DNA of 64,000 bases from an uncultured bacterium (GCA_964482725.1 CAYZYT010000006.1:19777-83776); one strand, 5' to 3'; positions 49,161 to 59,819 are shown, counted from the stretch's first letter. Translations and numbers: made by a program. Notes: generated from the sequence alone by a model not told the origin.

Positions 49161-50154
49161 CCAGCACATAATCGGCAAGCTGCTCAAGGCTTGTCCTGAA
49201 AACAGACGGCGGAAAAACCTCAAGTTCGTGTTTCGCCATCGCCATAAACGCTTGGGCCTTCACAAGCGCGTAATCCAAAGCCCCACACTTTTCAAGGGTC
49301 TCCCGGAGCATCGAAAAACGGCGCTTCTGACTACGAGAATAAAGAATGCGAACAACTTTGTCCCGCTCCCCCGACGCAAGACAATGGATCACGGGAAGCG
49401 TATAGACGCCTTCCTCCAAGTCGGAGCCTAGGGTCTTGCCGAATTCGCTTTCTTTACCGGAGAAATCCAGAGTGTCATCCGTGATCTGAAACGCCATCCC
49501 GAAGAATTTCCCAAACCGTCCAAGCGCTTCTGCTTTTTCGGGTGCGATCCCCCAAATGAGCGCTCCGGTCTGGAGCGCGCACGCCAGAAGCGACGCCGTT
49601 TTCTTACCGATGATCTCAAGATGGATCTCTTCGGTCACATTGATGTTCTTTTTTTCACTGATCTCCTGAACCTCCCCTTCACAGATCTCCCCGGCGGTCC
49701 TCAGGAAAAGCGGGATGATTTGATCATTGCCATAGCGAAAGATCGTCACGATAGCGCGATCATGAAAGTAATCCCCCGCGAGCACCGCCGCCTGCGGGCC
49801 TGATTTAATGTGAAGCGCTGAAACCCCCCGTCGCAACGGAGCCGAATCGATAATGTCATCATGAATGAGCGTCGCCGCGTGGAAGATCTCGGTCGCCGCC
49901 GCAAGATAAAGTTCCGCCGTTTCATTGCGCTCCGAGGGGACCCCGTGCTCTGGCCGCAGGGATCGGGCCAGGCCGGCCCCCAGGAGGATCAGAGCAGGTC
50001 GCAAAAGCTTCCCATGCTTCGAAAAAAAATGGTCGACCATTTCGCGCATCTTGAGGATGGGAGTGTCGAGCGTCTCCCGGATGAGCGCCGGAACACGCCT
50101 GAGACCGGTTTGGACAGGAACGTAAATATCTTCTAGAGTGAGAGTGTTTTTCAT
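49147..50154 (-). CDS. Polyprenyl diphosphate synthase
   Basis: GKLLRP, HAATLIHDDIID..RRG, KTASL, FQITDDTLD, GSDLEEG..TLP. Confidence 0.9.
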   Translation of the reverse strand: MKNTLTLEDIYVPVQTGLRRVPALIRETLDTPILKMREMVDHFFSKHGKLLRPALILLGAGLARSLRPEHGVPSERNETAELYLAAATEIFHAATLIHDDIIDSAPLRRGVSALHIKSGPQAAVLAGDYFHDRAIVTIFRYGNDQIIPLFLRTAGEICEGEVQEISEKKNINVTEEIHLEIIGKKTASLLACALQTGALIWGIAPEKAEALGRFGKFFGMAFQITDDTLDFSGKESEFGKTLGSDLEEGVYTLPVIHCLASGERDKVVRILYSRSQKRRFSMLRETLEKCGALDYALVKAQAFMAMAKHELEVFPPSVFRTSLEQLADYVLERNR

Positions 50155-50187
50155 AAGCGAACGCATTATACAACAAATAAACAACAG

Positions 50188-50253
50188 CGGGAAACGTGGA
50201 ACGGGGAACGTAAAAACTTTTTTCGTTAAGCGTTACCCGTTCACCGTTCCCCG
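50188..50253. repeat. Inverted heptamer array overlapping the rsmA stop
   Basis: GAAACGT GGAACGG GGAACGT - spacer - CGTTAAG CGTTACC CGTTCAC CGTTCCC. Confidence 0.72.
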
Positions 50254-51126
50254 GGCCGCTTTCAAGGCCTCAGCCAGACTCACGAACTGCTCCAGAGAAA
50301 GGGTTTCGCCGCGAACTTTGGCAGAGAAGCCAAGCTTTTCGAACATGCGTTCGAGATCTTCGCGCCCCTGTTTCGGCTTAAGGTGATGCAACAGTAAGGA
50401 TAAAAGAGTTTTGCGCCGCTGGCTGAACGCGATCTTGATGACCTCGAGCAGAAATTTCTCGTGACCTGTCCGTGGGATATCACGAAAAACATACCGGACC
50501 ACGCGCGAGGTTACTTCCGGCGGCGGAAGAAAACACTTGGGCGAAACATCAAAAAGGAACTCGGTTCTTCCGTAGAAGCTGCTCGTAACGCTCAAGCGTC
50601 CGTAATCATCATCCCCCGCTTGCGCGGTAAGCCGCGCGGCGACTTCTTTTTGGAGCATCATCACCGCGCTTGAAAAGACTTCGGCGTGTTCGACGAGATG
50701 GAACAGAATGGGCGTCGAGATGTAGTAAGGAAGGTTCCCGATCACTTTGAAGGGGCCAGGCACTTTTCCATGCCCTTCTGAAAAAGGTGACTGACCCCCT
50801 CCGCTGATCAATTTCGTCAGGTCACACTTCAAGATGTCCGCGTGGACCAGCTTGAAAGTGTCGAGGTATTCCGGCGCAAGCTCCTGCGTCAAGATCTCGA
50901 CGAACTTCTTGTCTGTTTCCACCGCAAGTAAAGGAAAGCCGCGTTGCAAGATTTCTTGCGTCACGGCTCCGAGTCCCGGTCCGATCTCAAAGACGCGATC
51001 GCCCGGTTGAAGTTCTAAGGCATCGACGATTTTGCGGATCGTGTTCGGATCCATCAGGAGATGCTGGCCCAGGTGGCCGCGGATCCGAAGCCCGTATTTT
51101 TTGAGTAGCTCTATCTGCGTGAGCAT
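50233..51126 (-). CDS. rsmA: 16S rRNA dimethyltransferase KsgA
   Basis: LGQHLL, EIGPGLG, GNLPYYIS, MLQKEVA, FSQRRKTL. Confidence 0.95.
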   Translation of the reverse strand: MLTQIELLKKYGLRIRGHLGQHLLMDPNTIRKIVDALELQPGDRVFEIGPGLGAVTQEILQRGFPLLAVETDKKFVEILTQELAPEYLDTFKLVHADILKCDLTKLISGGGQSPFSEGHGKVPGPFKVIGNLPYYISTPILFHLVEHAEVFSSAVMMLQKEVAARLTAQAGDDDYGRLSVTSSFYGRTEFLFDVSPKCFLPPPEVTSRVVRYVFRDIPRTGHEKFLLEVIKIAFSQRRKTLLSLLLHHLKPKQGREDLERMFEKLGFSAKVRGETLSLEQFVSLAEALKAARGTVNG

Positions 51127-52133
51127 TTCGCGAGAACAGCTTTCTTGGCAAGGCGAAGGGCCGCAACCATGGAGGAAGCATCGGCTTTCCCTTGATACGC
51201 AATATCAAAGGCCGTACCGTGGTCCGGTGAAGTACGGATATAGGGAAGCCCGAGCGTCACGTTCACGCCGTCATGAAAAGCGACCAGCTTGAACGGTGCG
51301 AGCGCCTGATCATGGTACATCGCGATCACGGCGTCATATTTCCCGTGATAGGCGGCGTGAAAGAGAAGATCCGCCGAAAGCGGCCCGGAGACGTCGATCC
51401 CTTTGCGACATGCCGCGCGTACCGCGGGAGCGATCACCTTTTCTTCCTCAGCTCCGGATTCCTTGCCGTGGGGATTCAAGGCGCAAACCGCGATCCTTGG
51501 TTTCTTGCTCCCGAGACCACGCTTGAGCATCTCCTCCGTCAAAAGGATCTTTTCAAGGATGGACTTCGCGCTCAGCAGGCCACTCACTTTTTTTAGCGGT
51601 ACATGGATGGTCGCGAGCGTCACATTAAGACGCGGGCTTACGAACATCATGGCAAATTTCCGGACCTTGGCTTTCCCGGCGAGAAATTCCGTATGCCCGA
51701 TAAATTTTTTATCCACAAGACGGATCGCGGTTTTGTTCACCGGCGCCGTCACGATCGCGTCCACGATCCCCCGTTTTGCTAAGGAGGCCGCTTCTTCGAT
51801 CGTCCGAAGCGCTAGCCGCCCGTTCTCGAGGCAGGTCTTTCCTATTTTAAAGGCCCCTCCTCCAGGAAGTCCCCGGGAGATGTCGAGAAAATAAACATGG
51901 CCGGGGCGAAGAGACCCGGGGAGAATCTCCTGTATAGTTTTAAAAGGAAGCCAAAGGCCTGTCTTTTGGCAAAGCGTTTTCAACACCGGCCGGGTCCCGA
52001 TCAAAAGATAGGTGAGATGCTTGGAGGGTTTTTCTTTCTGAAGAGCCTTCACCAGGATCTCGGGGCCGATGCCGCCGGGATCGCCCATCGTGAGAGCGAC
52101 GACGCATGGATTTTTTTGCTCATGTTTTTTCAT
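51111..52133 (-). CDS. pdxA: 4-hydroxythreonine-4-phosphate dehydrogenase
   Basis: MGDPGGIGPE, TAPVNK, GHTEF, LNPH, MYHDQ, RTSPDHGTAFDIA. Confidence 0.93.
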   Translation of the reverse strand: MKKHEQKNPCVVALTMGDPGGIGPEILVKALQKEKPSKHLTYLLIGTRPVLKTLCQKTGLWLPFKTIQEILPGSLRPGHVYFLDISRGLPGGGAFKIGKTCLENGRLALRTIEEAASLAKRGIVDAIVTAPVNKTAIRLVDKKFIGHTEFLAGKAKVRKFAMMFVSPRLNVTLATIHVPLKKVSGLLSAKSILEKILLTEEMLKRGLGSKKPRIAVCALNPHGKESGAEEEKVIAPAVRAACRKGIDVSGPLSADLLFHAAYHGKYDAVIAMYHDQALAPFKLVAFHDGVNVTLGLPYIRTSPDHGTAFDIAYQGKADASSMVAALRLAKKAVLAKCSRR

Positions 52134-52162
52134 AACTTAGATGTCCCTTGCCCATACGCACA

Positions 52163-52275
52163 GGACCAGAGACCACAGACTACAGACCGCAGAAAAAAAT
52201 TACCTCACACCTGATCTCTCTCCGCAGGGGTGACGGTTGGGCGAGGGAGTCTCCAGTCTCTAGTCTGAAGTCTAC
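52163..52275. repeat. Inverted heptamer array (CAGAC family) downstream of surA, with long spacer
   Basis: AGACCAC AGACTAC AGACCGC - about 55 nt - AGTCTCC AGTCTCT AGTCTGA AGTCTAC. Confidence 0.7.
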
Positions 52276-53243
52276 TTTATGGAAATGTATGCCGCCTTCT
52301 TAACCTCTTCCATCCAATCGCGGAATCTCGCGTTGCTTTTCTGCTGAAAGAGATATCCGGCGATCTGGTCTTTCACTTCTTCAAAATAGCGAACCTTCTC
52401 GGGCTCTCTCGCCTCAATGCGAAAAATGTGATACCCGATCGGCGTCTCCACGACCCCCGTGATCTCCCCCGGGGAAGCCTTGAAGATCACCTCATCGACG
52501 GATTCGATCATGGCCCCTCGCTCGATCCATTCCCCAAGGCCATCCTGCTTGGCATGACTGTCCTCTGAAAAATCCTTCACGATCTTGTCAAAATTCCTGT
52601 AGATCCGGATCTTTTGCGCCAAAAGCTCGGTCCGCTGTTTTGCTTTTTCGTCCGTCAACCCCTTCGTCCGAGCTTCTTCGCTTTTCTTGATCGTAAGCGA
52701 CTTGACCCGAACGCGTTCTTTGATCTTGAACTGATCAGGATTTTTCTTGAAGAAATCTTCTATCTCGGTCGGAGACACGATCACCTTGGAACGGATCTCA
52801 CGGTCTTGAAGCTGGCGGACCATGGCCTGCTTCTTGAGCCGCTCGCGGAGAGCTTTCATTGTGAGGCCTTCTCGCTCGAGCATCGCGTCCAAATCCTCAG
52901 GATTGTCCATCTTAGCTTTGAACGCCTGAAACTCCTTCTCCGCATCTTCGTCTTTAACCTCGATCCCCATCAAAATCGCTTCCTGATATACCAGCTTGTC
53001 CTCGATCATTTGGCTCAGGACTTTTTGGCGGACCTCGTTGATCGCTTTCACAAGCTCTTGGCCGCTGTATTCTTTGCTGTATTGCTCGTAAATCGGCCGG
53101 AGAAAGGTGTCCAGTTCAGCCTGGGTGATGACCTCGTCATTGACCACCGCCACCACACGGTCGAGCAGTTCTTCCTGCGCGGCGTGGACAAGTGGCATGG
53201 CCAAAAAGAGGGACACGATGAGTATCAATAAATGTCGTTTCAT
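52272..53243 (-). CDS. SurA-like parvulin peptidyl-prolyl isomerase/chaperone
   Basis: Signal peptide, DRVVAVVNDEVIT, FSED...G.GE, VETPIGYHIFR; mfd-surA-pdxA-rsmA order. Confidence 0.85.
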   Translation of the reverse strand: MKRHLLILIVSLFLAMPLVHAAQEELLDRVVAVVNDEVITQAELDTFLRPIYEQYSKEYSGQELVKAINEVRQKVLSQMIEDKLVYQEAILMGIEVKDEDAEKEFQAFKAKMDNPEDLDAMLEREGLTMKALRERLKKQAMVRQLQDREIRSKVIVSPTEIEDFFKKNPDQFKIKERVRVKSLTIKKSEEARTKGLTDEKAKQRTELLAQKIRIYRNFDKIVKDFSEDSHAKQDGLGEWIERGAMIESVDEVIFKASPGEITGVVETPIGYHIFRIEAREPEKVRYFEEVKDQIAGYLFQQKSNARFRDWMEEVKKAAYISIK

Positions 53244-53264
53244 AGAGGAGGCATTATACAACAT

Positions 53265-53343
53265 TTCAGACTTCAGACTACAGACTTCAGAACACAAAAA
53301 AACGCATGCTTTAGTCTGCCGTCTGTGGTCTGTGATCTACGGT
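53265..53343. repeat. Inverted heptamer array (CAGAC family) overlapping the mfd 3' end
   Basis: CAGACTT CAGACTA CAGACTT - spacer - GTCTGCC GTCTGTG GTCTGTG ATCTACG. Confidence 0.78.
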
Positions 53344-55305
53344 TCGCTTTTGCTCCTCAACGGCTTTCTTGAGCATCCGGCAATAAAGATCAAAACCCAC
53401 GGCTTGGATGAAGCCGCTTTGTTCGTGGCCGAGAAGGTTCCCCGCGCCGCGGATCTCGAGATCTTCCATCGCGATCTTGAATCCCGACCCAAGCTGGGTG
53501 AATTTTTCAATAGCCTGGAGACGCTTTTCCGCATCCTGTGTCATCACCCAGTTCTTCGGAATCAGGAAATACGCGTACGCCTGACGTTTTTCCTTAAAAC
53601 GCCCCACACGCCCCCGCAGCTGGTAAAGATCCGCGAGTCCAAAACAGTCGGCGCGATCTACGATCAGCGTATTCACATTCGGGATATCGATCCCGGACTC
53701 AACAATACAAGTCGAGAGCAGACAATCAATCTCGCCTTTCAAAAATGCTTTCATCGCAATTTCGAGACTCTCGACCGGCATCTGCCCATGCATGACGCCG
53801 AATCGAACGCCGGGCATAAGCTTTGTCATCCGTTCATGGACCCGTTCGATCGATTGCACACGATTGTGCACAAAATAGACCTGTCCCTTGCGTGCCAATT
53901 CCCGCTCGATCGCCTGTTTAATGATGTTCTCGTGATATTCCATGACAAACGTCTCGACCGGCATGCGGTTCTTGGGCGGCGTATCGATCACGGACATATC
54001 GCGGACACCGAGAAGCGCCATATGAAGCGTCCTCGGGATCGGCGTGGCGGTAAGCGTCAACACGTCTACTTGGGTGCGCATCTGCTTCAGCTTTTCTTTG
54101 TGCCGGACACCGAAACGCTGTTCTTCATCAATGATGACAAGCCCCAGGTCTTTGAACCGGATATCCTTGGAAAGCAGACGATGCGTGCCGATCACCACGT
54201 CCGTCGCGCCCTCTTGAAGAGACTTGGCGATCACCTTTTGTTCTTTCGGAGATTGGAACCGGGAGAGGAGCTCGACGGTCACTGGAAAATTTTTGGCGCG
54301 CTCTTTAAGCAAAATATAATGCTGTTCGGCCAGGATCGTGGTTGGCACGAGAAATGCCACCTGCTTGCCTCCCATCACCGCCTTGAACGCCGCACGCATC
54401 GCGACCTCGGTCTTGCCATACCCCACATCGCCGCAAAGAAGCCGGTCCATCGGCCCCGAAGATTCCATATCCCGTTTCACTTCTTCGATCGCGCGCTTTT
54501 GGCCGGGGGTTTCTTCGAATGGAAATTCTCCCTCGAACTCTTTTTGCCATGGCGTGTCCTTGGGAAACGGCAACCCTTGTAAAAGACTTCGCGCGGCCTG
54601 GATCTGGAGAAGGTCCCCCGCGACTTTGTGGAGCGCCGTCCGCGTCCGGTTCTTGATCTTCTCCCATTCCTGGGTATTGAGCTTGGTGAGCTTGGGCCCC
54701 ACGCCGGAGCCGCCGATGTAACGCTCCACGGGCTCTTCAATAGAAAGATAAAGAATTTCATTTCCTGCGTACTCGATCGCCATGCAACGAGTACGAACCT
54801 TCTGCATCTGGATGACTTTGGTTCCGAGGAAACGGCCTATGCCGTATTTGAGGTGCACCACGAGATCTCCTCGTTCGAGGTCTTTGGTGCCAGCCACAGG
54901 TTCGAAGGTCTCAAGCCGTTCCTCCATGCGCCGGAGTTTTTTCCGGAACATATCGGAAACCTGGATGAGGAAGACTTCTTCGAAGGTGGCCGTACTCTCG
55001 CCTGAGGAGAGCGAGAAATCACGAATCTGGGCGGGCGTGTCCCCCTGGAACTGAACGCGGATCGGAAGCCGGTAGGTCACGGGATAAATATCCACCACTC
55101 CACCGCGAACGGCGAATTCCCCGGGAAGCGCGACATATTCTTTTTTCTGGTAGTGGAGCCCGATGAGAAGCTCCTCGAGCTGTTCGATCCCCGACTGCGC
55201 TAAATGCCAATCATTCAGCACGGCTTCGGCAGGAACTCGACGTTCCTGTCCGATCCGAGCGTTGATCTTTAGACGACGGATTTCCATAGTCCCAATACCT
55301 TTCAA
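53311..55305 (-). CDS. mfd: Transcription-repair coupling factor, unusually short (664 aa)
   Basis: [28 protein letters not shown] (RID), [48 protein letters not shown]. Confidence 0.9.
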   Translation of the reverse strand: MKGIGTMEIRRLKINARIGQERRVPAEAVLNDWHLAQSGIEQLEELLIGLHYQKKEYVALPGEFAVRGGVVDIYPVTYRLPIRVQFQGDTPAQIRDFSLSSGESTATFEEVFLIQVSDMFRKKLRRMEERLETFEPVAGTKDLERGDLVVHLKYGIGRFLGTKVIQMQKVRTRCMAIEYAGNEILYLSIEEPVERYIGGSGVGPKLTKLNTQEWEKIKNRTRTALHKVAGDLLQIQAARSLLQGLPFPKDTPWQKEFEGEFPFEETPGQKRAIEEVKRDMESSGPMDRLLCGDVGYGKTEVAMRAAFKAVMGGKQVAFLVPTTILAEQHYILLKERAKNFPVTVELLSRFQSPKEQKVIAKSLQEGATDVVIGTHRLLSKDIRFKDLGLVIIDEEQRFGVRHKEKLKQMRTQVDVLTLTATPIPRTLHMALLGVRDMSVIDTPPKNRMPVETFVMEYHENIIKQAIERELARKGQVYFVHNRVQSIERVHERMTKLMPGVRFGVMHGQMPVESLEIAMKAFLKGEIDCLLSTCIVESGIDIPNVNTLIVDRADCFGLADLYQLRGRVGRFKEKRQAYAYFLIPKNWVMTQDAEKRLQAIEKFTQLGSGFKIAMEDLEIRGAGNLLGHEQSGFIQAVGFDLYCRMLKKAVEEQKRTVDHRPQTAD

Positions 55306-55439
55306 TTTTTACGCAGTAGAAATTGGGGCTATCCCAACGACCCTTAATGTAACAAAATTCAAAGTTGGGATAGGGAGACTATTTTAGCACAAAGCGTGCC
55401 GGGGCATTTTTCAAGAAGACCGGTCCAGCGACGTGGAAA

Positions 55440-56603
55440 CTATTTAAAAAGGGAAGCGATTCTCTGGACGGCGATTTCGATATCTTTTTCGGAGGTGGCG
55501 TAGCTCATGCGGATATGATGGGGACTGCCAAAGGGCTCGCAAGGAATGACCGCGACATGGACTTCGTCCAAGAGTTTCTTCGCAACTTCCAAACCGCTCA
55601 TCCCCGTCCCTTGAATATCTGTAAAAAGATAAAAGGCGCCGTTCGATTTGAAGGGCTTGAAAGACTTCACCGCCTTCAGCTTTTCGATAAAAAGATCACG
55701 GCGTTTCTGGAACACTTCGCACATCTTTTGGGCTTCCGCATCCCCTTGATCCAGGGCAACCACGCCGCCGGGCTGCGTAAAAGAAACCGGATTCGATGTC
55801 GAATGGCTTTGAATGCTCTCGACAGCCTTAGCCAGGGTCTTTTCTGGGAATGCTGCATATCCCAAACGCCAGCCGGTCATGGCATAAGCCTTGCTGTGTC
55901 CGTTCACGATCACCGTCCGCTTGGCGATCTCAGGATCGAGAGATGCGATCGAACAATGTTTTCGGCCGTCAAAAACAAGTTTTTCATAGATCTCATCGCT
56001 TAACACGATCACGTTCGGGAATTTCTTGAGCACCGCGCAAAGCGCCAGAAGTTCTTCCTTGGAATAGATAGCTCCCGTAGGATTGGACGGGGAATTAATG
56101 ATGAGGATCTTGGAACGCGGCGTGAGAGCCTTTTCAAGCACTTCAGGCGTGACCTTGAAATCCGTCTTTTCCGTTGACGGCAGAAAAACGTTCGTACCGC
56201 CGAGCACGGTCACCATTTCGGGATAGCTCAACCAGTAAGGCACGGGGATAAGCACTTCATCGCCGGGATTCAACAGCGCGAAAAGCACGTTAAAAATCAC
56301 GTGCTTGGCGCCGCAACCGACCACAACCTGCTCGGGGGTAAAATCAAGCCCCTGATCGCGTTTGAGCTTCCTACAGATGGCCTGACGGAGCTCGATCATT
56401 CCTGGGACAGGGGTGTATTTGGTATTCCCTTTCTTGAGAGATTCGATCGTGGCTTCCTTGATAAAGGAAGGCGTATCAAAATCCGGCTCGCCGGCGGAAA
56501 GGGAGATCACGTCGATCCCCTGCGCCTTCATGGCTTTCGCCTTCGCAGCGATCTCAAGCGTGACAGAAGGTTTTACCGCAAGAACCCTACTGGAAAGTTC
56601 CAT
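55440..56603 (-). CDS. aspC: Class I PLP aminotransferase (aspartate aminotransferase-like)
   Basis: GEPDFDTP, NSPSNPTG, SDEIYE, SKAYAMTGWRLG. Confidence 0.85.
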   Translation of the reverse strand: MELSSRVLAVKPSVTLEIAAKAKAMKAQGIDVISLSAGEPDFDTPSFIKEATIESLKKGNTKYTPVPGMIELRQAICRKLKRDQGLDFTPEQVVVGCGAKHVIFNVLFALLNPGDEVLIPVPYWLSYPEMVTVLGGTNVFLPSTEKTDFKVTPEVLEKALTPRSKILIINSPSNPTGAIYSKEELLALCAVLKKFPNVIVLSDEIYEKLVFDGRKHCSIASLDPEIAKRTVIVNGHSKAYAMTGWRLGYAAFPEKTLAKAVESIQSHSTSNPVSFTQPGGVVALDQGDAEAQKMCEVFQKRRDLFIEKLKAVKSFKPFKSNGAFYLFTDIQGTGMSGLEVAKKLLDEVHVAVIPCEPFGSPHHIRMSYATSEKDIEIAVQRIASLFK

Positions 56604-56608
56604 AAAAA

Positions 56609-57172
56609 CTAGTTCTCGTCGCCTTTGAGGAATTTCCTGAGCTTGCCCAGGAACCCACCCTTTTTCTCCGCATCCTTTTTCTCGGTCGCCTTCGGCTCGT
56701 CGGATTCTTTTTTCGCATCCACCGATTTCGGAGATTCCTTGACCGCAGCTTTTTCTGCCGTCTTATCAGCAGCCTTTACAGCTTTCTTTTTCTTGGTCTT
56801 TTTGGTGGGGGCCTCAAATACGGCCGTCCATTCCAAAAGAGCCATCTGCGCACCGTCTCCGGCACGATACCCCAGACGAAGCACGCGGGTATAACCCCCT
56901 TCGCGACCCTTGAAAAGCGGGGCGATCTGAGTGATGAGAATACGCGCAATTTCCGGGTCACGGACCTTGGTGATCAAAAGGCGGCGGGCGTGAAGCCCCT
57001 CGCGTTTTGCGATCGTGATCATTTTATCGGCAAAGGCACTGGTCTCTTTTGCTTTCGCGTGCGTCGTCTCGATGCGTTTTTTCAAGACAAGCGCCCGCAC
57101 AAGATTCCTGAGCTTCGCCGTGCGGTGAGCGGTCACTACCCCTAATGTCCTTCTGCGGCGTTGATGGCGCAT
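56609..57172 (-). CDS. rplQ: 50S ribosomal protein L17 with charged C-terminal extension
   Basis: MRHQ..R.LG, IETT.AKAKE, GGYTRVLR. Confidence 0.95.
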   Translation of the reverse strand: MRHQRRRRTLGVVTAHRTAKLRNLVRALVLKKRIETTHAKAKETSAFADKMITIAKREGLHARRLLITKVRDPEIARILITQIAPLFKGREGGYTRVLRLGYRAGDGAQMALLEWTAVFEAPTKKTKKKKAVKAADKTAEKAAVKESPKSVDAKKESDEPKATEKKDAEKKGGFLGKLRKFLKGDEN

Positions 57173-57181
57173 GATAGATCC

Positions 57182-58189
57182 TTATGATTCTGTCTGGGCT
57201 GCGAGCGACGCACCCTTGTTCGGCAAAGAATCTTCGATGTTCATTCCGAGATGAAGATTCATCGTGACCAAGATCGCGTTGATCTCGTTAAGGGATTTTT
57301 TCCCAAAGTTTTTGTACTTGAGCATCTGCCCTTCCGACTTCTGGATAAGATCGCCGATCGTTTTGATGTTGGCGGCTTCGAGACAGTTGGCGCTACGAAC
57401 CGAAAGTTCCAACTCGCTGATCGGCTTGTGAACCATATCCAAAAATTCCTTATCCTCTACCTCTTCTTCTTCCTCTTCTTCCGGCAATTCACCGTAGTTG
57501 ACGAAGACATCGAGATGCCGTTGGAGGATGTTGGATGCGTAAAGCAGCGCCTCTTCGGGACCCATCGCGCCGTTCGTCCAGACTTCCAGAACCAAACGGT
57601 CATAATCGGTGGCCTGCCCCACGCGGGTATCTTCCACGAAAAAATTAACCTTGGTCACAGGTGAGAAAGCCGAATCAACCGTCACCACCCCAATGGAGGC
57701 ATCTTCTTGCTTGTTCTTTTCCGCTGAGACATACCCACGGCCCCGACCCACTTCCATCTCCATCTTGAAGGTATGGGACTTGCTCAGGGTGCAGAGTACG
57801 AGCTCCGGGTTAACGATCTCGACCGTCTCATCCGCCTGGATGTCGCCAGCCTTGACCGGACCTTGTTTCTTGATGTCGATATAGATCTTCTTCGGGCCCT
57901 TGCCGTGATAACGAAGCACGAGCTTTTTGACGTTCATGACGATCTGAGCGCCGTCCTCGACCACGCCTTCGACCGCAGAGAATTCATGCAACATCCCGTC
58001 GATCTTGATGCTGGTCACTGCAGCCCCATCGATCGAAGAGATCAACACGCGTCTGAGCGCATTCCCGATCGTGGTCCCGTAGCCGCGTTCGAACGGTTCG
58101 GCAATGAACTTGCCATAGTGAGGCGTCAGCGATCCTTGTTCTGCTTCGAGGCGCTTCGGCATTTCAAACGTTTTCCAACGAATTCCCAT
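57182..58189 (-). CDS. rpoA: RNA polymerase alpha subunit
   Basis: EPFERGYGTTIGNALRR, LELSVRSANCL, KNFGKKSL. Confidence 0.98.
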   Translation of the reverse strand: MGIRWKTFEMPKRLEAEQGSLTPHYGKFIAEPFERGYGTTIGNALRRVLISSIDGAAVTSIKIDGMLHEFSAVEGVVEDGAQIVMNVKKLVLRYHGKGPKKIYIDIKKQGPVKAGDIQADETVEIVNPELVLCTLSKSHTFKMEMEVGRGRGYVSAEKNKQEDASIGVVTVDSAFSPVTKVNFFVEDTRVGQATDYDRLVLEVWTNGAMGPEEALLYASNILQRHLDVFVNYGELPEEEEEEEVEDKEFLDMVHKPISELELSVRSANCLEAANIKTIGDLIQKSEGQMLKYKNFGKKSLNEINAILVTMNLHLGMNIEDSLPNKGASLAAQTES

Positions 58190-58246
58190 GATGTTTCCTC
58201 CTTATGCGAACCAAGATAAAAAACTTTTTAAGAAATAACCCGGTCT

Positions 58247-58870
58247 CTACTTTGAATACAATTCCACGATGAGCGCTTCTTCGACAGGAAGCCCTGCATC
58301 CGCCTTCGTGGGAAGTCTCGTGATCGTTCCGGTCAATTTCTCGCGATCAAGCGCGAGCCATTCCGGGGCATTCAGATCCTTCCACTTTTCGAAACTCGCC
58401 TGCAATCTTTTGATCTGAGGCTCCTTCTGTTTCACACTGATCTTATCCCCCACTTTGCAAATGAAGGAGGCAATGTCGACCTTTTTGCCGTTGACGGTGA
58501 TATGCCCGTGTCCGACCATCTGACGCGCTTCCCTGCGAGAGCCCGAAAAGAGCAGGCGAAACACCACATTGTCCAAACGCCGTTCGTGCAACTGGATCAA
58601 CATCTCGCCTGTCACGCCCTTCATTTGAACTGCACGTGCGAAAAACACACGGAACTGACGCTCGGTCACCCCATAGATCCTCTTCATCTTCTGCTTTTCC
58701 CGCAACTGCACCCCGTAGTCAGATATTTTCTGGCGAGAAAGCCCGTGTTGACCGGGAGGTTTTGCCAAACGCTTATCATGCTTCTCATCGGTCGTACGGC
58801 GACCCTTGAGACCGAGGTTGATGCCCTCGCGACGGTGCAACCGGATAACTGGACCCCGATATCTTCCCAT
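58247..58870 (-). CDS. rpsD: 30S ribosomal protein S4
   Basis: PPGQHG, QLREKQK, ERRLDNVVFR, IVELYSK. Confidence 0.97.
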   Translation of the reverse strand: MGRYRGPVIRLHRREGINLGLKGRRTTDEKHDKRLAKPPGQHGLSRQKISDYGVQLREKQKMKRIYGVTERQFRVFFARAVQMKGVTGEMLIQLHERRLDNVVFRLLFSGSRREARQMVGHGHITVNGKKVDIASFICKVGDKISVKQKEPQIKRLQASFEKWKDLNAPEWLALDREKLTGTITRLPTKADAGLPVEEALIVELYSK

Positions 58871-58873
58871 AAA

Positions 58874-59242
58874 TTAAACTCTCCTCTTCTTCGGCGGACG
58901 GCAGCCGTTATGCGGCACCGGTGTAATATCATGGATCGCGCTGATCACGAGCCCCGCAGCCTGAAGCGCACGAATGGCTGATTCACGGCCCGCGCCGGGA
59001 CCTTTGATGTAAACTTCAACTTCCTTCATCCCGAATTCCATGGCTTTTTTGGCAGCTTTCTCGGAAGCCATCTGCGCCGCAAAAGGCGTCGACTTCTTCG
59101 AACCCTTAAAACCCGCCGACCCCGAAGATTCCCAGCAAACGCAGTTGCCGCCGGCATCCGTGATCGTGATGATCGTGTTATTGAAACTTGCCGCGATGTG
59201 CGCTACGCCGCGAACGATGTGCTTGATCTTCTTTTTTGCCAT
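58874..59242 (-). CDS. rpsK: 30S ribosomal protein S11
   Basis: [35 protein letters not shown]. Confidence 0.98.
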   Translation of the reverse strand: MAKKKIKHIVRGVAHIAASFNNTIITITDAGGNCVCWESSGSAGFKGSKKSTPFAAQMASEKAAKKAMEFGMKEVEVYIKGPGAGRESAIRALQAAGLVISAIHDITPVPHNGCRPPKKRRV

Positions 59243-59273
59243 AGAATTCCTTTATCTCAGTGGTAAGCTCAGA

Positions 59274-59660
59274 TTATTTAGGTGCGGGCGCCCCTTTTGC
59301 GAGTCCGCCCACGGTTTTGCGTTTGCCCTTACGCGTACGTGCGTTCGTATGCGTTCTCTGCCCTCGGCATGGAAGCCCTTTCAAATGCCTTGATCCGCGA
59401 TAGCAGCGGATATCCATCAGACGCTTGATATTCATCTGGATCTCACGACGAAGATCCCCTTCCACTTTCGTGGTCCGCTGAATAATTCCCGTCAAAGCGG
59501 AAACTTCGGCCTCGGTCAAATCCTTGGCGCGCTTCGCCGGATCGACCTTAGCTTCCAACAAAACCTTTTTTGAAAGCGTTTTCCCGATCCCATACAAATA
59601 GGTCAACGCTACATCCACTCTTTTGTCTCTCGGGATATCCACCCCAATGATACGCGGCAT
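59274..59660 (-). CDS. rpsM: 30S ribosomal protein S13
   Basis: [29 protein letters not shown]. Confidence 0.98.
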   Translation of the reverse strand: MPRIIGVDIPRDKRVDVALTYLYGIGKTLSKKVLLEAKVDPAKRAKDLTEAEVSALTGIIQRTTKVEGDLRREIQMNIKRLMDIRCYRGSRHLKGLPCRGQRTHTNARTRKGKRKTVGGLAKGAPAPK

Positions 59661-59687
59661 ACTCTGGATCCTTTCTTAAAGAATCAA

Positions 59688-59801
59688 TTAACCTTGTCGC
59701 TGCTTGTGCTTCGGATTACTGCAGATCACATACACGTAGCCCTTGCGACGTACGATCTTGCAATTCTCGCAGATTCTTCGGACTGAACTTCGCACTTTCA
59801 T
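59688..59801 (-). CDS. rpmJ: 50S ribosomal protein L36 (not in ORF track)
   Basis: Manual translation [37 protein letters not shown]. Confidence 0.96.
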   Translation of the reverse strand: MKVRSSVRRICENCKIVRRKGYVYVICSNPKHKQRQG

Positions 59802-59819
59802 TTTTTCACCTCAGATAAC

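Noticed and set aside
48975-49223. 82-aa minus-strand ORF with GNG repeats
   Set aside because: It overlaps the polyprenyl synthase gene, and its composition is explained by the hexamer repeats.
55329-55373. CTATCCCAAC/GTTGGGATAG stem in the mfd leader as a terminator or ncRNA
   Set aside because: Large loop, no U-tract and no recognisable RNA family; cannot be assigned.
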